A stretch of DNA of 64,000 nucleotides. Origin: Gordius albopunctatus (lineage: Eukaryota). The DNA lies in contig OZ193909.1 of the NCBI GenBank assembly GCA_964276515.1, positions 19,778,001 through 19,842,000 on the forward strand, read 5' to 3'. Shown here piece by piece: positions 14,001 to 27,918 of the stretch; within the stretch, counting starts at the first letter, position 1; every line of letters starts with the position of its first letter. Below the pieces are notes generated by a model, which saw only the letters and a list, made by a program, of their open reading frames with translations, did no database searches and had not been told where the DNA came from. The position numbers were made by a program, and so were the translations under genes.

Positions 14001-14647
14001 TAACCATAACCTTTGTTATAGGGAGTAAGAGAATAGGGCAAATTAGATGAGATTGAAACATCTGATAAAACAGACCTGTATTAAAGGCATCATATGTAAA
14101 TTAAGTATTAGAAAATAAATTTCATATTTTAAGTGATGACACTACCTTTCTGGTAAAAGTGAGATTGGTGGGTTTGTTTTAAATTCATTTAATATTTCTC
14201 TGACAATAAATAATAATTCTGAATGAAAGTTGTACTTAAATTTATTATATTGCAAAATTAAAATTCTGTAATACTTTATTTATTGCTGGGGAATTAGTTA
14301 CTATCATATTGTCATTAACCCATGGATGCCTGACAGCAGGTTCAACCTTTATTATGGGCTTTTCAGATGGATAATCTGATGGCAAATAGCTAAAAATAAG
14401 GTTTTAAAATTCTTAGTTTTATTACATATTTAAAGCGATTTGAGGGCTTTGAGCTAAATGCAATGGCACCAAATACTCTTGCTCCTTAATATTTTCTTTA
14501 ATGCTATAACAAAAGGTATCATGCTAAATGTAATAAAGCATACTCAGGAAAAGCGTGTTTTAAATAATCGATTTGGCGAGTCTTTTGATTATGGCTATGA
14601 TTATTTGGTTTAGGGGCACCAAATAGCCAATTTCCAGGCCAATTCAT
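11013..14647 (-). CDS. VPS37A: Vacuolar protein sorting 37A (ESCRT-I; UEV-like + Mod(r) domain); exons 14647-14544, 14503-14426, 14389-14275, 14234-14146, 14075-13883, 13831-13737, 13308-13178, 13102-13044, 12515-12353, 11186-11137, 11072-11013; ~378 aa
   Basis: Spliced product contains LPSDYPSEKPIIKVEPAVRHPWV, EFKTNPP, MPEIPDAFPKLS, LKVAASQAEEESEAIFDSFIEGKLETEEFVQKFLDKR and HLRRIKEEKL. All introns are GT-AG with consistent phases (1137 nt). Confidence 0.92.
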
Positions 14648-14953
14648 ACCTATGACACCATACAATTTATCAGCTGTATTAATATGAATGAATTGCGGAC
14701 ATACGATAGCATCTAGCGGCTTCATACTCGCCACTTAAATAACCATCGATATAATCTTAGGTGTCAGGAAATAAATGTTTATTAAATAATGAAGGTAACT
14801 GCTTGTTCTTTAAAATATTGAGCTATTTATAGTGATGCAAAATTAAAGTTATATAATATTTAGTTAAACAGAATTTCGAACAATATTAAGTAAATGAAGT
14901 ATGTGCGACAAACAAAAAATATAAATATGCTAGTCAAAATTCAATCAATAAAA

Positions 14954-16850
14954 TGTTACAGGGTCTTTAAGATCAAACTTACGTTATTAAAGTACACTAC
15001 AAAAATACGTTCATAAACTTGTCGGGATTAATTAATTCCCAGGTCCCGTTAATTGAATTAATTGTATATAATAGAATGCCTGTAATTAATATAGCTAGCG
15101 GCACATGTTAATTTCTATAATCAATAATTAAACATTAAGAACACGGAAGTGATTTTAAATGTCGAAGAAATAATCTCTCTACACCATTAGATAAACAACT
15201 TCTTACGCTTAAAAAATCACTTACTCTCCTTTTTACACTTTTTAACTAAACATACTTGTTTATATTTTATTTATGATAAGTCCATTAAATTTTGTTTTCT
15301 TATAGGAACCGGTGCGGAACTCAGTGTTACTTTCCCCCCTTACACATCCTCCTACAAACCGCTGATAAGTTTCTACATTAATCACAGGCTTAAACAATGA
15401 TCTCAATCTCAAATGGCTACAAAAAAACTTCAAGAGATAGGCGACCGTTTGTAAATTACACAGCCCCTAAGGTTCTAGCGATTCCAAATTGCTATCCCTT
15501 ACCCACCTGCACATTTATCACAACCCTCTATTCCAAAATGGATTTAGTATTAGTAAGAGCTTACCAACAAATACCTGTAGCCTGAGAAGACATCCCAAAA
15601 ACTGTAATACTTACATTGTTACGATTATACTTTGTGTTGCGACGACAATTGTATACACGATATAAGACTGTTCAGTTCGACATTCCTCGTGGATATGTTT
15701 AATAACCGCTATTACGAATTTGTGCGCACACCTTTGAGGTTACACATTGATTCACTCTGATGCTTCATTGACCAAGCTCTCCGTCGTCTCAATTTCACCT
15801 TTGCATATTTAGGGTTTAACGCCAATACTAGAGATGATCTCGATAAAAAAAATTTGGCACCCCGACCACTATGACACAACAACATCCTTTCGTGGGAATG
15901 ATAAATCTTTACAGTATTTTATACCTAACTGTGCACTCCCCCTAAAACCATTGACTGACCTCCTCAATAATGCAATAGGACACTTCTACATGACGCAGAA
16001 CGCACCACACGGCGCATTCCATAAGATTAAGATATTGCTAGTCTCGACCTTTAATCATTAAGTGACGGTGCAAACAACTCTATTAATACTCTACGCATCA
16101 AACACTGCCATCAGAGCCGTTTTACATCAAATTGTAAAAGGAATAATCAGTCCTTTATTCCTTTTCTCCTTTAATAAAGCAAAACACAAAATCAATATAG
16201 AACATGTGGGAGAAAACTGCTAGCAATTTACCTTTTTTATCAAACATTACCGACACATTAAGAAGGTCGCAATTTCAAAAATTTTATCAATCATTAATTG
16301 TTAACTTACGATCATGCCTCTAAGTCCGATAAATACTCACCGCGTGAACACAACAACTAGATTATATTTGAAAATTTATATCCGATTTACACTTTAATAA
16401 AGGTAATGCCAATATAGTAGCAACTTTGTCATGAATTGATATCGATACCATACAACATCCAAACACATCAATCACAGAAAAGATCGCAATGTGACACAAG
16501 ACCAATATCGATTAGAATAGCTTGAAAGTCATATGGAACAATACTTAATCCCATTAACAAACTTAAACTATTACGCGCTATAAATCTACAATGATTTCGA
16601 GACCGTGCCTAGGACACTTCGACGCACAGTTTTTAATCATATTTATAAACGGTTTTTCACACCCAGCCTTACGTCTAACACTTAAATTAATCCTAAAACG
16701 TTTTGTCTGTCAGGGAATGAACAAAGATGTACGCACAGGGACAAAGCAATGCATATGTCATAAATGCAAAGTAAATAGACATGTCATATCAAGCCCAAAC
16801 ACGTTGGCTGAACCAGACGCGAGGCATAGTTACGTACATTTGAACCTCGT
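14954..16850 (+). mobile_element. Heavily decayed, internally deleted CsRn1-like Gypsy copy related to 51421-56080
   Basis: Collinear nucleotide similarity to PR, RT, RH and IN of the intact copy (e.g. GGTGCGGAACTCAGTGT, AGAGCTTACCAACAAATACC, CACCCAGCCTTACG, GCTGAACCAGACGC). Left boundary is approximate. Confidence 0.85.
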
Positions 16851-17385
16851 CGTTTTAATTTTGTAGTAATTGACTTCAAAACACTACCTACGACGGTTCC
16901 AATTCCTTGTGCAAAAAGTCGAGGGTTGGCGTCAGGTCAGAAACAGGTTATTAAAACCAACTTAAAAATCATGATAATTTCAAACAAAATTTTACAAGAA
17001 AAATCTAGGACGAACCCGCCAGTGCAATGTCAGAAATACACTAGGGTTACTGGCCGACTCACAACAAAGTCGGTTAAGGAAGTAAGTTGTGAAAATAATG
17101 CGAATAGCGTGCTAGAATGTGGGAATGTTGATAAGAAAAGTATCGAGGCCGCACAAATTTTAAAATAAATAAAGGTACACATCGCCTGCATACAAGAAAC
17201 GAGGTAGAACGGAACCAAACCTGGGGAGTTAGGAGAAGGCTCCAAACTATTCTACAGTGGGTCACTAAGTAGTCAAGCGTTGTTCAGACCGACTAATATG
17301 GGTAAAGAATGCAAATCAAGGGGGCATCCTAACCGTTATGTGCACGTATGCTCCCCAAATTGGATGTATTGAGTCAGAGAAAGAT

Positions 17386-19112
17386 TAGTGATAGGGAAAA
17401 ACCGAGAAAAATCTCGGTCTCGATTTTGACCTCGAGACGAGACGAGATTTTATCGGCGAGATCTCGATTTTAATTTTTATCTATTAAGTCTTCATTAAGC
17501 TAATTAAGAATTTTTATTTTATGAGATTTAAATTTAGGGTATTTAATGCAAATTAATATGATTTCGAAACTTTTTATAGTAATTACTTACGCACCTAATT
17601 ATTCGCTTCGCGCAAATTTCAAATTTGTAATATAATCTTAATATACATAGTCTTAGTAGCCCTTAGGGTATTTGTAACTTATTTGTATAGCTTATATAAT
17701 ATAAAATTATTTAGACCTATAATGAGTTTATGCGCAACAAGTTCACCATCCAACACAAAAAAGAGCAAGCTGCTAAAACATTTCACAGTATCCAGGGATG
17801 AATCAAATAAAATGGAGAATTGTAAATTGTGCTTTAAAGAAAATTTTATATTTTAAGATATATATGTGCAATTAATGTAAGATCTCAAAACTGTTATGTT
17901 CTTCCAACAAAAATGCCTATTTTATTGTATTTACAATGTTAAGATAATTACTTGTTATTAAAAATGACTAGATGAACCCGCAGGGTTTCTTTCAGGGGGG
18001 AGCCCAGGGGGGTATTACCCCCTAGAAACTTCAAATACCCCCCCCCCCCCCGGAAAGTTTTTATTGAAGCATGAACTCAAGTTCCATCATGAAGTCATAA
18101 ATTATATTAATAGGCTAAAATGGAAATTCAATAATTTATTTTAATTTCCTTGAAATGCGGAAATCCAGCTTCTGATGGACGTTTTGTTTGTTAGATGAGA
18201 TATTGGGTTCCGTATCTCAATTAAGCAAATGTCAACAAAAAGCTGACCTACCAGAGGAATCCCTTCCGTCATTAATAACCTCGGTAACATCTCGTTTAGA
18301 ATCCATTTATGAAGATATAGTAGGACTTGAAAATAATGATTTTTTTATAAATTACTAGATAAGCCCGGCAAACGTTGTTTTGCCATAGACATTATGTCTG
18401 ACAAATTAACTTACTATAAGTGTGATAAAACTGGCCGGGAAATGTCTGATATATTTAAAACAAAAAGGTATTTTAGGATTCTGAAAAAGCTATTTTACCC
18501 CTGGCCGCCCTAGGCATCTACGGCTAAATTTTCGCGCGAATCGGGCCGGTAGTTTTAGAATTTAGCACTTACATACATACTATATATACACTAAAAATAG
18601 TAAGTTCATAAAATCCATGACGTGATAAAATTAGTGCCCCGTTTCAATATTTAAAATGTATAAGTCTAATATTTATTTTTAATAATATTAAATTAGTCCT
18701 ATAAATAAATAATACATATTTCTACTTATATTCTAACTTTCCTGACGTCATTATTGTATATGCTGCTATAAATTAAACTGGCCGGGAAATGTGCGATATT
18801 TTTAAAACGAAAAGGTATTTTAGGATTCTGAAAAAAATTTTTACCCCTGGCATCCCTGGGCATCTACGGTTAAATTTTCGCGCGAATCGGGCCGGTAGTT
18901 TTAGAATTAAGCCATATTTTAAAACTAAAAGGCCCATATTTTTAAAACTAAAAGGAATTTTCACCTTATATCTTATATAAAAATTGATAAGAGTCAGGAA
19001 AAAAATATATGGTATAATTATTTTTAAAAGTCGAGACGAAACGAGAATTCTAGTCAAGACGAGACGAGATCGAGATTTTTCTAGGCCGAGACGAGACGAG
19101 ATCACAACACTA
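17386..19112. mobile_element. Non-autonomous hAT element containing a Helitron fragment
   Basis: TAGTG...CACTA termini, GAGAC subterminal repeats, 8-bp TSD AGAAAGAT (17378-17385, 19113-19120). Confidence 0.9.
18355..18960 (-). mobile_element. Non-autonomous Helitron, 5'-truncated copy
   Basis: Minus-strand 3' end GGCAAAACAACGTTTGCC hairpin + CTAG|T; same family as 45710-46764. Confidence 0.8.
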
Positions 19113-19617
19113 AGAAAGATATACACTTCAATTTATTAAAAAAGGAAATACAAGGAATCGGACAGGAATAAAGGCTAATTATTTGACCAGATTTCAACGC
19201 TCACGTAGGAAAGATTGCCTCGGGTATGAAAATCATGGAGGCTTTGATGATGGGGAAAAACTTTTACAAGTTTCCCAAGCATACGACATGGCGATCGATA
19301 ACACCTATTTTCAATAACGCGAAGATCATATTGTGACCTATAAAAGTGGGAAGCATCTTACTAGAATTGACTATCTGCTCATACGGCGAAAGGACTTAAG
19401 GAGTATCAAAGATTGCAAAGTAATACCGGGAGAAGAAATCGTCAACCGTCTACTTGTTATAGATCTTGACAGAAGAATATTTCCCGGAAGAAGAAATCGT
19501 CAATCGTCTACTTGTTATAGATCTTGACAGAAGAGTATTTCCGGGAAGAAGAAAGGTAATTTGATACGAAAGACTCAAAGGATACGGGCCAAGCATTAGA
19601 TTTACGATAGATTAATA

Positions 19618-19786
19618 CATGGGCATACGCAGGATTGGATTTGGGAGGGAGGCGACAATAAGGATTTAGAGAAGGGCAAAATAATAATTTTTTTTAATTT
19701 AGTCATAAGCATATTAACCTTTGAAGAATTTTTGGATTTAGAGCGGAGCAGCCGCTCCTTCCTGCCACCCCCTGGCTACCCCCATG
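19618..19786. mobile_element. Degenerate hAT-type MITE
   Basis: CATGGGCATACGCAGG ... CCTGGCTACCCCCATG imperfect TIRs; related ends at 32723 and ~62840; TSD not clean. Confidence 0.6.
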
Positions 19787-19862
19787 GATATAAATATCTA
19801 TTCAGATGAACCCTGGTAGAGAACTGCATAGATGATCCCAAACCCGACCCGGACACAAATGT

Positions 19863-21800
19863 AATAAAATTAAACCCATCCTTTCCACTAACCTAAGTCT
19901 ACATCAATTAGGTTTTGGAATAAAGGGAGTCTGCGAAGCTACTATTCATGCCGCTAGGCTAGCCCTCGAGGCCATACCATCGGATCATTGCATGGTCAAA
20001 CTAGACTTTGCCAAAGCTTTTAATTGCATTCGTAGAGATGTCCTTATTGAAAATTTCCTCGAGAATTTTCCAGAGTTCTATAACTACATCTTATTAGTTA
20101 TGCCTCAACATTCTTTTTAAGATTTTGGGATTTTTAAATAAATTCATCTGAAGGTATCCAACAAGGTGACCCATTGGGTCCGCCATTATTTTGCTCAGGT
20201 ATCCAAAGTTTAATTGAAAAAACATCGCACGAATGCCACCTAACACTAAATATTTGGTACTTGGACGATTCCACCCTTTGTGGTCATCCTCGTGAAGTTT
20301 TTAAAGCCATCAAAATAATAAAGGATTTCGAACCAATTTTAAAACTAAAACTAAACGAGATCAAATGTGAGATCTTTCAACCCCCTGACTACTCATTATA
20401 TCCCCACATCACCCCTTTTCTAGCAATCGAGAAAGACGCCATGTGCCATCCTGGATCGCCTATAGGCGGTAGAGTTGGTCTCGCAACTTATTTGCAAAAA
20501 AATCTCTCTATTTTAAACTCAAAACTAGATCTCTTAAAGTGTCTGCCTTCACACCACGCTTTTTACATAATGAAAAACTATTTTAATATTTCAAAAATTC
20601 AGCACTCTTTTCGCTCTTTAACTGCTCTTTTACACTCGGAAATTTTAAACCTCTTCGAACAGAATATTAAATCTATTTTACAATATATTTTAAATATATA
20701 ATTCAATACTCATAGCTGGTTACAAGCTCCCTACCAACCAAATCGCGTGGTTTAGGGATTCGCTCACCTGCCGCAACATCTCTAGTCTCGTTCATTTCAT
20801 CTTACAAATCCGTACAAGATACTATTTTTAAGTTGTATCCGGTTAAAGAAGACCCGCTTTTACCCATTGCTTTAGATATTTTGGAAAACAATACCAATCC
20901 CTGAACACTTTTTCCACAAACCTCAAAAAAAGAGATTGGGATGCCGGACTTGTGTTGCGCTCCGTTTATTATCTAATTTCGAGTAGCGATGCAAGTCAGT
21001 GTTCTTATTTAAGGCCGTTTTTGTTTGATAGCTAGAGGTCTACCCAAGCTGACTCACCGGGATAATGCTGGAGGACTTGGAACTTTCGTACTCCATAGCT
21101 CTCAGACTAGGGGTGAAATTTTCGAAGCCATTTATTTGCCGAAATTTAAGCATACTCGTAGACGAACAAGCCAGGCATTCCTTACACTGCCTGGCAAACA
21201 AATTCAAATATGTTAGACACAATAGGGCCAATGCCTTAATTCAAAGTGCTCTGAAGAGAGCAAACATCCCATTCATCTTAGGGCCATCGGACCCCTCCTT
21301 GTAGGGACGTATGCGTCCTGATAGATCTTCTTTAGTCCCATGGAGCAATGGTCTTCACCTTAAATGGGAATTCACATGTATTGACCTATTTGCCCCTATA
21401 ACTACAACAATGATTCTTTAGCTGTCGCAGAGGTGGCGGAAAACAAATAAATACAAAGCCCTATTATCCTCAAACATTTTTATTTCATTGGTTGCTTCGT
21501 GTTCAGGCACCTTTGGCAAACAAACCTTAGCTTTTTTTAAAAAGATAGGAAGACGTTCTCCCCCGTCTAAAAATTTGGTATCCTTTTTACTTTAACAAAG
21601 ACTTTGTATTATTATAGCCAAGTACAATTTTAAATCGTTGGCGGATTCTTGACCAATTTTGGAGGATCCCCTCGATGATGATATATCAGAATAGTGTATT
21701 ATTTTATTTGACGCATTTTGTCTTTTATATTTCATGTATTTATATTATATTACTGTCAAAGGATTTTTAACAAATAAACCTTTTAAGATAAAAAAATTAT
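19863..21800 (+). mobile_element. 5'-truncated, decayed CRE-like non-LTR retrotransposon (RT + restriction-like endonuclease)
   Basis: QLGFGIKGVCEATIHAAR, VKLDFAKAFNCIRRD, GIQQGDPLGP, WYLDD, then C..H..C-RHN and RPD motifs; AATAAA and A-rich end; possible TSD AAATGT (19857-19862, 21802-21807). Confidence 0.8.
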
Positions 21801-23420
21801 GAAATGTCTTTGGGTCGGGTTTGGGTTGAAAATTTTAAAATGCTTCCGGGTCGAGTCGAAAGTGTCGGGTCAACGGTTATGAATCTTACAATGCAAAATA
21901 CACGCGAATATCTATTAAATTAATTTTATTATGTATAATATATTTTAATTAATATCTTAATGAATAATAAAGATCATTGATTCATTTTTTACATCTGATT
22001 GTTTTAGACAGGATTTTACAAGAAAAGGCTAGGGCGTCCTCCACAAACGACGCGCAATGCATACCCCGCCCGTGCAATGTGAAAAATACACTAGGGTTAC
22101 TGCCCAACTCACAACGAGGGCGGTTAAGGAAACTAGTTGTGGAAAGAATGCGAATTACGTGCTGGAATGCGGGAACGTTGACGGGGAAGAGCATCGAGGT
22201 CGCACAGATGCTAAAAAGAAGAAAGGTACACATCGCCTGCCTACAAGAGACGAGGTGGAACGGAACGAAAGCTCGGGAATTAGGAGAAGGATACAAGCTT
22301 TTCTACAGTGGGTCATCAAATCGTAGAAACGGGGTGGGTATCGTTCTAAGTGAATCTTTCAAGGACAAGGTGGTGGAAGTAAAGCGTTGTTCCGACAAGC
22401 TAATGTGGGTAAAGATTGCAGATCAAAGGGGCCTCCTGACCGTTATGTGCGCGTATGCCCCCCAAATTGGATGTTTGGAATCAGAGAAAGACATATTCTT
22501 TGATTCATTGGAAAAGGAAATACAAGGAATAAGACAGGAAGAAAGGCTAATTATTGGGGCCAATTTAAACGCTCACGTAGGGAAAGATCGCCTCGGGTAT
22601 GAACGCAATCATGGAGGCTATAGGCATGGTCTGAAGAACAAAGAAGGGGAAAAACTTCTCCAAGTATCCCAAGCATATGACATGGCGATCGTTAACACCT
22701 ATTTTCAAAAGCGCGAAGATCATATTGTGACCTATAGAAGTGGGAAGCATTTTAGTCAAATCGACTATTTGCTTATACGGCGAAAGGACATATGGAGTAT
22801 CAAGGATTGCAAAGTAATACCGGGAGAAGAAATCGTCAAGCAACATCGTCCCCTTGTTATGGATCTTGACAGAAGAGTATTTCCCGAAAGAAGAAAGGTA
22901 TATGAACCTCGAATTCGACACGAAAGGCTAAAGGATACGTCGACGAACGAAGAATACCATCAAAAAGCCTCCTCACTCTTGGGTGCAAGGAAGTTGCAAA
23001 GGGACGTAGACAAAGATTGGGAGACGCTATCTAAGGACATTAAGGAAACAGCTATTCGTGTTCTAGGACAGACCAAAAGAGGCAAAGCTATGAATAGGGA
23101 ACTATGGTGGTGGGATCAATCTGTTAAAGATTGCATCGAAAGAAAGAAAAATCTATATAGACGGTGGCATAAATCAAAAAAGTCGGAGGATTATCAAGAG
23201 CATAGGGACGCAAAGAGGGCCGCAAAAAAGGCCCTAGCAAAAGCGAAGAATGCCGCGTACACCGAGATGGCAAACAAACTGGATCATAAAGGGGGCGATA
23301 GGCTTATGTACAAATTGGCCAAGATAAGGGAGAAGAAAAGTCGCGATGTCGGAGTTCTTAAAATAGTCAAAAGCGAGAAGGGTCAAACCTTATTCAAGCC
23401 GAAAGAAGTGATGGAAAGGT

Positions 23421-26400
23421 TATAAAGTATCTGGTTTATTAAGTAACATATAAGAAACAAGTGACTATTGTAATCATAATTATACGTTTAAATAGCCATT
23501 CGATTTACAACCAATTAACAATCAATTAACATTGCGTTTCAATTCAAACGCTCGAGGTCATGCCAATTAGGTAGATAGTATTTGCATACATTACATTACC
23601 CCCCCCCCTTTTAAAGTTGCCTTCCATCGTATCGATCAGGTGGTTTGGATACCCTTTTGTGTTCTAGAATGTTTCGCTCGGACACCGCACCTTGGTCAAT
23701 CGTTTTTCTTTCCCGTAACTGATCTCCGTGTTTCCTTCTTTTGTATTTCCGTTTATATCAACGTCATACGTATTCGAACTTGTTCGGGCTTCTACAAGTC
23801 CTTCCCTCCATCCCGGACTTGTGTCATTATGTACCCACACCTGCTGCTCGGGTTCGAAGAATCTTTCTTGGGTCCATCGGTTTTTATAGTACTTTTGTTT
23901 CCAGATAGATTCTTCAACCTTGTGGCGAGTCGTTTTTCTGAGCTGGTCTAGCGTCGTACGAATCCTTCGATTGAACATCGCCTCAGCCGGGCTAATACCT
24001 TTAGTCACGTTTTGACTACTACGCATGCTCATTAATACTTGTAGTAAGTTTAACGAGTCATTTACCCCCGACTTTTTATTCGCATAGAACTTACTTTTAA
24101 TAGTTCTAATATATCTCTCGGCTAAACCATTAGTTTTGGGGTGGTAGGGCGGTCCCGTAAATTGAACTATGCCATTGTTTTTACAAAAAAATTTTAATTC
24201 CGTAGATTTAAATTGTGGGCCATTATCACTGACAATATATCTAGGTAACCCAAAACGTGCAAAAATTGTCCTTAAATTTTGGATAATTTTTGTTGAGTTT
24301 ATCTCGCCTAGCACCATTACTTCGGTCAATTTTGTAAAGGCATCAATGCAAACTAACCAATACTTCTTATTGATGGGTCCCGCTAAGTCTATGTGGACCC
24401 GTTCCCAAGGCTTGTTAGGGACGTTCCAAGCCTATAGGGATACCTCTTTAATGTTTGGTCGTTCTTCTTGGCAATTTTTACAGGTATTAACGTATTTTTC
24501 TATGTCTACGTCAATATTATTCCAGTACACATAGTATCTCCCTAATGACTTCATAGCCACGATTCCCGGATGACGATCATGTAGAATTTTAAGAATATCT
24601 GGCCTTAATTTTTCCGGAATTATAAGTCGATCTTTATAAAATAAAAGATTATTTTCGAAAGAAATGTAATTTCTTAATTGCAGGTATTTTCGTACGTTAT
24701 CGTTATTTGAAGAGCCTTGCCATTTATTTTTAAATTGCCCTATAACTTCTTTTAGTACATTATCTTTTATTGTTTCCTCTACAATATATTTTGTATTCAA
24801 AGTCAAATCATCGATTAATTGTAATTTAATTCTTCGTATATCATTATCTATGTTTAAATTATGAGGTGAATCCTTTGGGCATAACCGAGAAAGTGCATCA
24901 GCACACTGATTAGATTTCCCTGGGATGTATTTTATATCATAATCATATTAAAGTACTTTAATTGCCCATCTTAGTAACCTATTATTGGTTATTTTACTAA
25001 GATCCCGGGTTGTCCCAAAAATATTTATAAGAGGGTGGTGATCTGTCTGAATTGTGAATTTACGACCATAAATATACTGATGGAATTTATTTATCGCATA
25101 AATTACTGCCGATGCCTCTCTGTCGATGACGGAGTAATTTTTCTCGGCGGAATTTAGGGAACGAGAGGCATAGGCAATAGGATTTTCTTGGCCAGAGGAA
25201 AACTTATGCGCTATAACTGCTCCTAAACCTAAATCTGACGCGTCGATTGAAATTATGATAAGCAATTCTTTTTGATAAGGCACTATAGTTTTTCTGTTTG
25301 AGATTGTAGTTTTAACTTTTTCAAAAGTTAATTTTTCTAAGTCGCCCCATACCCATTTTGTATTTATGGAAGTTAATTTGTATAAAGGAGCGCAATTTAT
25401 CTGAAGGTTGGGGATAAAAGTTTCTAAATAGTTTACCAACCCAAGGAAAGAACGAAGTTCCTTTTTGTTTTCGGGTGTTTTAAAACTTTTAATCTTTAGA
25501 ATCTTATCCTCACTCGCTGTTATGCCTTCACTATTAATTACATGTCCTAAGTATTTGACAGACTTTTTAAATAGTTGCATTTTTGTTTGAGATGTTGTTA
25601 ACCCAACCGTTTGAAAGAGATTTAATACTGTTATTTATTTGTTTACGTGATCCTTTTCGTTTTTACCGCTAATTATAACATCGTCCATAAAGACGCTCAT
25701 CCCGGGTATGTTATTAACCAATTGTCTCATAAACCTATGAAAGATAATCGGCGCTGTTGTGAGCCCAAACGGTAATCTCTTATAACAAAAATATCCTATA
25801 TGCGTTGATATTTTTAAATATTTCCTTGATTTCTCATCAAGTTCAAGTTGTAAAAAGACATCTTTGAGGTCAATGATAGAAAAAATTTTACCTCCGGCTA
25901 TTCTTACAGCCACGTCGCTGAAAGTTGGTAAAATATCCTGATCTTTAGCCAAGTGTTGATTTATGGTTAAACGAAAATCACCACATATACCCACCTGCCC
26001 TGTTTTCTTCTTAACATTTACAGTTGGCGTAGCTCATTTAATTGGCGTTAAAGTAGGATTAATTTTTTCAATGATGTCTTCGTTAAGTAGCCGTTGGAGT
26101 TCATCTTCTACAGCTTGTCGTAGTGGAAACGGGACTCTTCTCGCTGCAAACATTTTTGGCATCGCGTTATCATTGATTTCGAGTGTCACTTTGAAATCTT
26201 TTACTTTTCCTAATTTTTCGGAAAAAACGTGGAGAAACTGTTTAATAATTGCATGTACATTTGAAGGCATTTCAATGATAGAGTTTAGGCAAACCGACTT
26301 TGGTAGAGTTAAGTTAAATTTTGAGATAAATGGCATACCAAATATTGCTGAACCTTTACCTTTGATGACATAAATATCTAAGTACTTTGTCACACCACCA

Positions 26401-27636
26401 ACGTCCACCTTCACTTTGGTTTTACCAAGTGTTGCAATGTTGCAATAGCCGTTCTACCATAGCCGTATATCTTCGGAGCTTGGTAAAGTTTAGGCTTCCC
26501 GATTCGAGACCACGTTATTACATCAATTACGCTACATGCCGCACCCGTGTCGAAGATCATTTCATAGGGCACATCGTTAATGCGTACGTTGATGTGGGCT
26601 TTGGTGTGATGATTGGAGTCGTGGTTAATGGCTGATAACGTATTCGTCACCGTTATACAATTTTTTGCTATATGGTTTGGTTTCCCACACCGATAACATT
26701 TAGGGGGTGGCTTTTTCCTAAATGTGCTAAATTTAGGAAAATGTACATCTTTAGTGTTGAAGTTATGAAACGACTGCTTAACCTTGTTTACTTCAACAGC
26801 CCCCGATGTTTCGTGTTCTACCGAATCTAACGCCAATGCTAGATTAACTGTTTCTTCGAAACTTATGTTACCTCTCGGATACTTAGCTCTTAACTCAATT
26901 TTAAGCCTTGGTAAGTTACATCCTAGGACAAATATGTCCTTTAATACCTCGTCTAGATTATTTCCAAATTTACAGTTTTTCCAAAGAAATTTCAACCGAA
27001 TACTAAATTCAATAATAGTTTCGTTATTTCTACTTGCCTTATAAAATTGTTCTCTATGGTGATAAATAGAAAACTTATTGGCGAATATACTCCTAAGGGC
27101 TTTAATTATCTCATCGTAATTAGTTTCGTCTACTAATTTTAGATATAAAAAGTCTCTTATTTTTGTTAGATTGTTAAAACCTACGTAAGTGAGTAACAAA
27201 GTTTTTCGCCTTTCTCCCGTGATATCTCTCAACTTGAATAAGAGCTCAATATTAAATAAATAGTCATCAATCGAATTACTTGGATTATACATAATTGAAT
27301 CCTTTAATTCCTTTGAGTAATCGCAAGAAAAATTCGTCTCCGGTTTGATGTCCATCTGAAAATAATATGGATAATAAATTATTTAAGTTGAACGAGGTAG
27401 GGAACGTCTTCTACACGAGGTTGAGTTTAAGGTCCAAGGGTTTCTAAATCCTCGTCACCATTATAAAGTATCTGGTTTATTAGGTAACATATAAGAAACA
27501 AGTGATTATTGTAATCATAATAACACGTTTAAATAGCCATTCGATTTACAACCAATTAACAATCAATTAACATTGCGTTTCAATTCGAACGCTCGAGGTC
27601 ATGCCAATTAGATAGATAGTATTTGCATACATTAAA
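23421..27636 (-). mobile_element. Ty3/Gypsy (Mag-like) LTR retrotransposon, full length, frameshifted
   Basis: 175-bp LTRs 27462-27636 and 23421-23595 (~7 mismatches); TSD AAGGT (23416-23420, 27637-27641); tRNA-Ser-like PBS TGGTGACGAGGAT; G-rich PPT; gag CCHC, FDTGA, FMDD, RH, IN SDNGPQF. Confidence 0.95.
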
Positions 27637-27918
27637 AAGGTGGAAAGGATATTTTAAGAAACTTATGAATATTACAAACGACAAGGATTCCCTTCCCGAA
27701 ATTGAGCCAAATATAAATATGGTCGAACTCTTTCAGGAGAATGAAGTTAGAACGCAAATGAACAAGATGCAAAAAGGAAAAGCAAATGGTCCAGATGGTA
27801 TACCTATGGAAGCATTACCCGGACGTCGTGAAGAAGGAGTCACCACCATGACGAACCTCCTTAACAAGATATTGGTAGAAGAGCGAATCCCTAATCAATG
27901 GAGAGCAAGCACGATTAT

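Larger units (their letters stand above)
16895..19600 (+). mobile_element. Decayed RTE LINE (family A): 5' UTR and AP endonuclease part, split by a hAT insertion
   Basis: Collinear with 22008-22940; has a ~58-bp tandem duplication at ~19430-19550. Confidence 0.85.

Noticed and set aside
14519..14734. 71-aa ORF as an independent gene
   Set aside because: It is VPS37A exon 1 (ATG 14647) plus upstream and intron sequence.
15616..15716. ~100-bp insert in the decayed Gypsy as a solo LTR
   Set aside because: Starts with TGTTA but has no convincing end or TSD.
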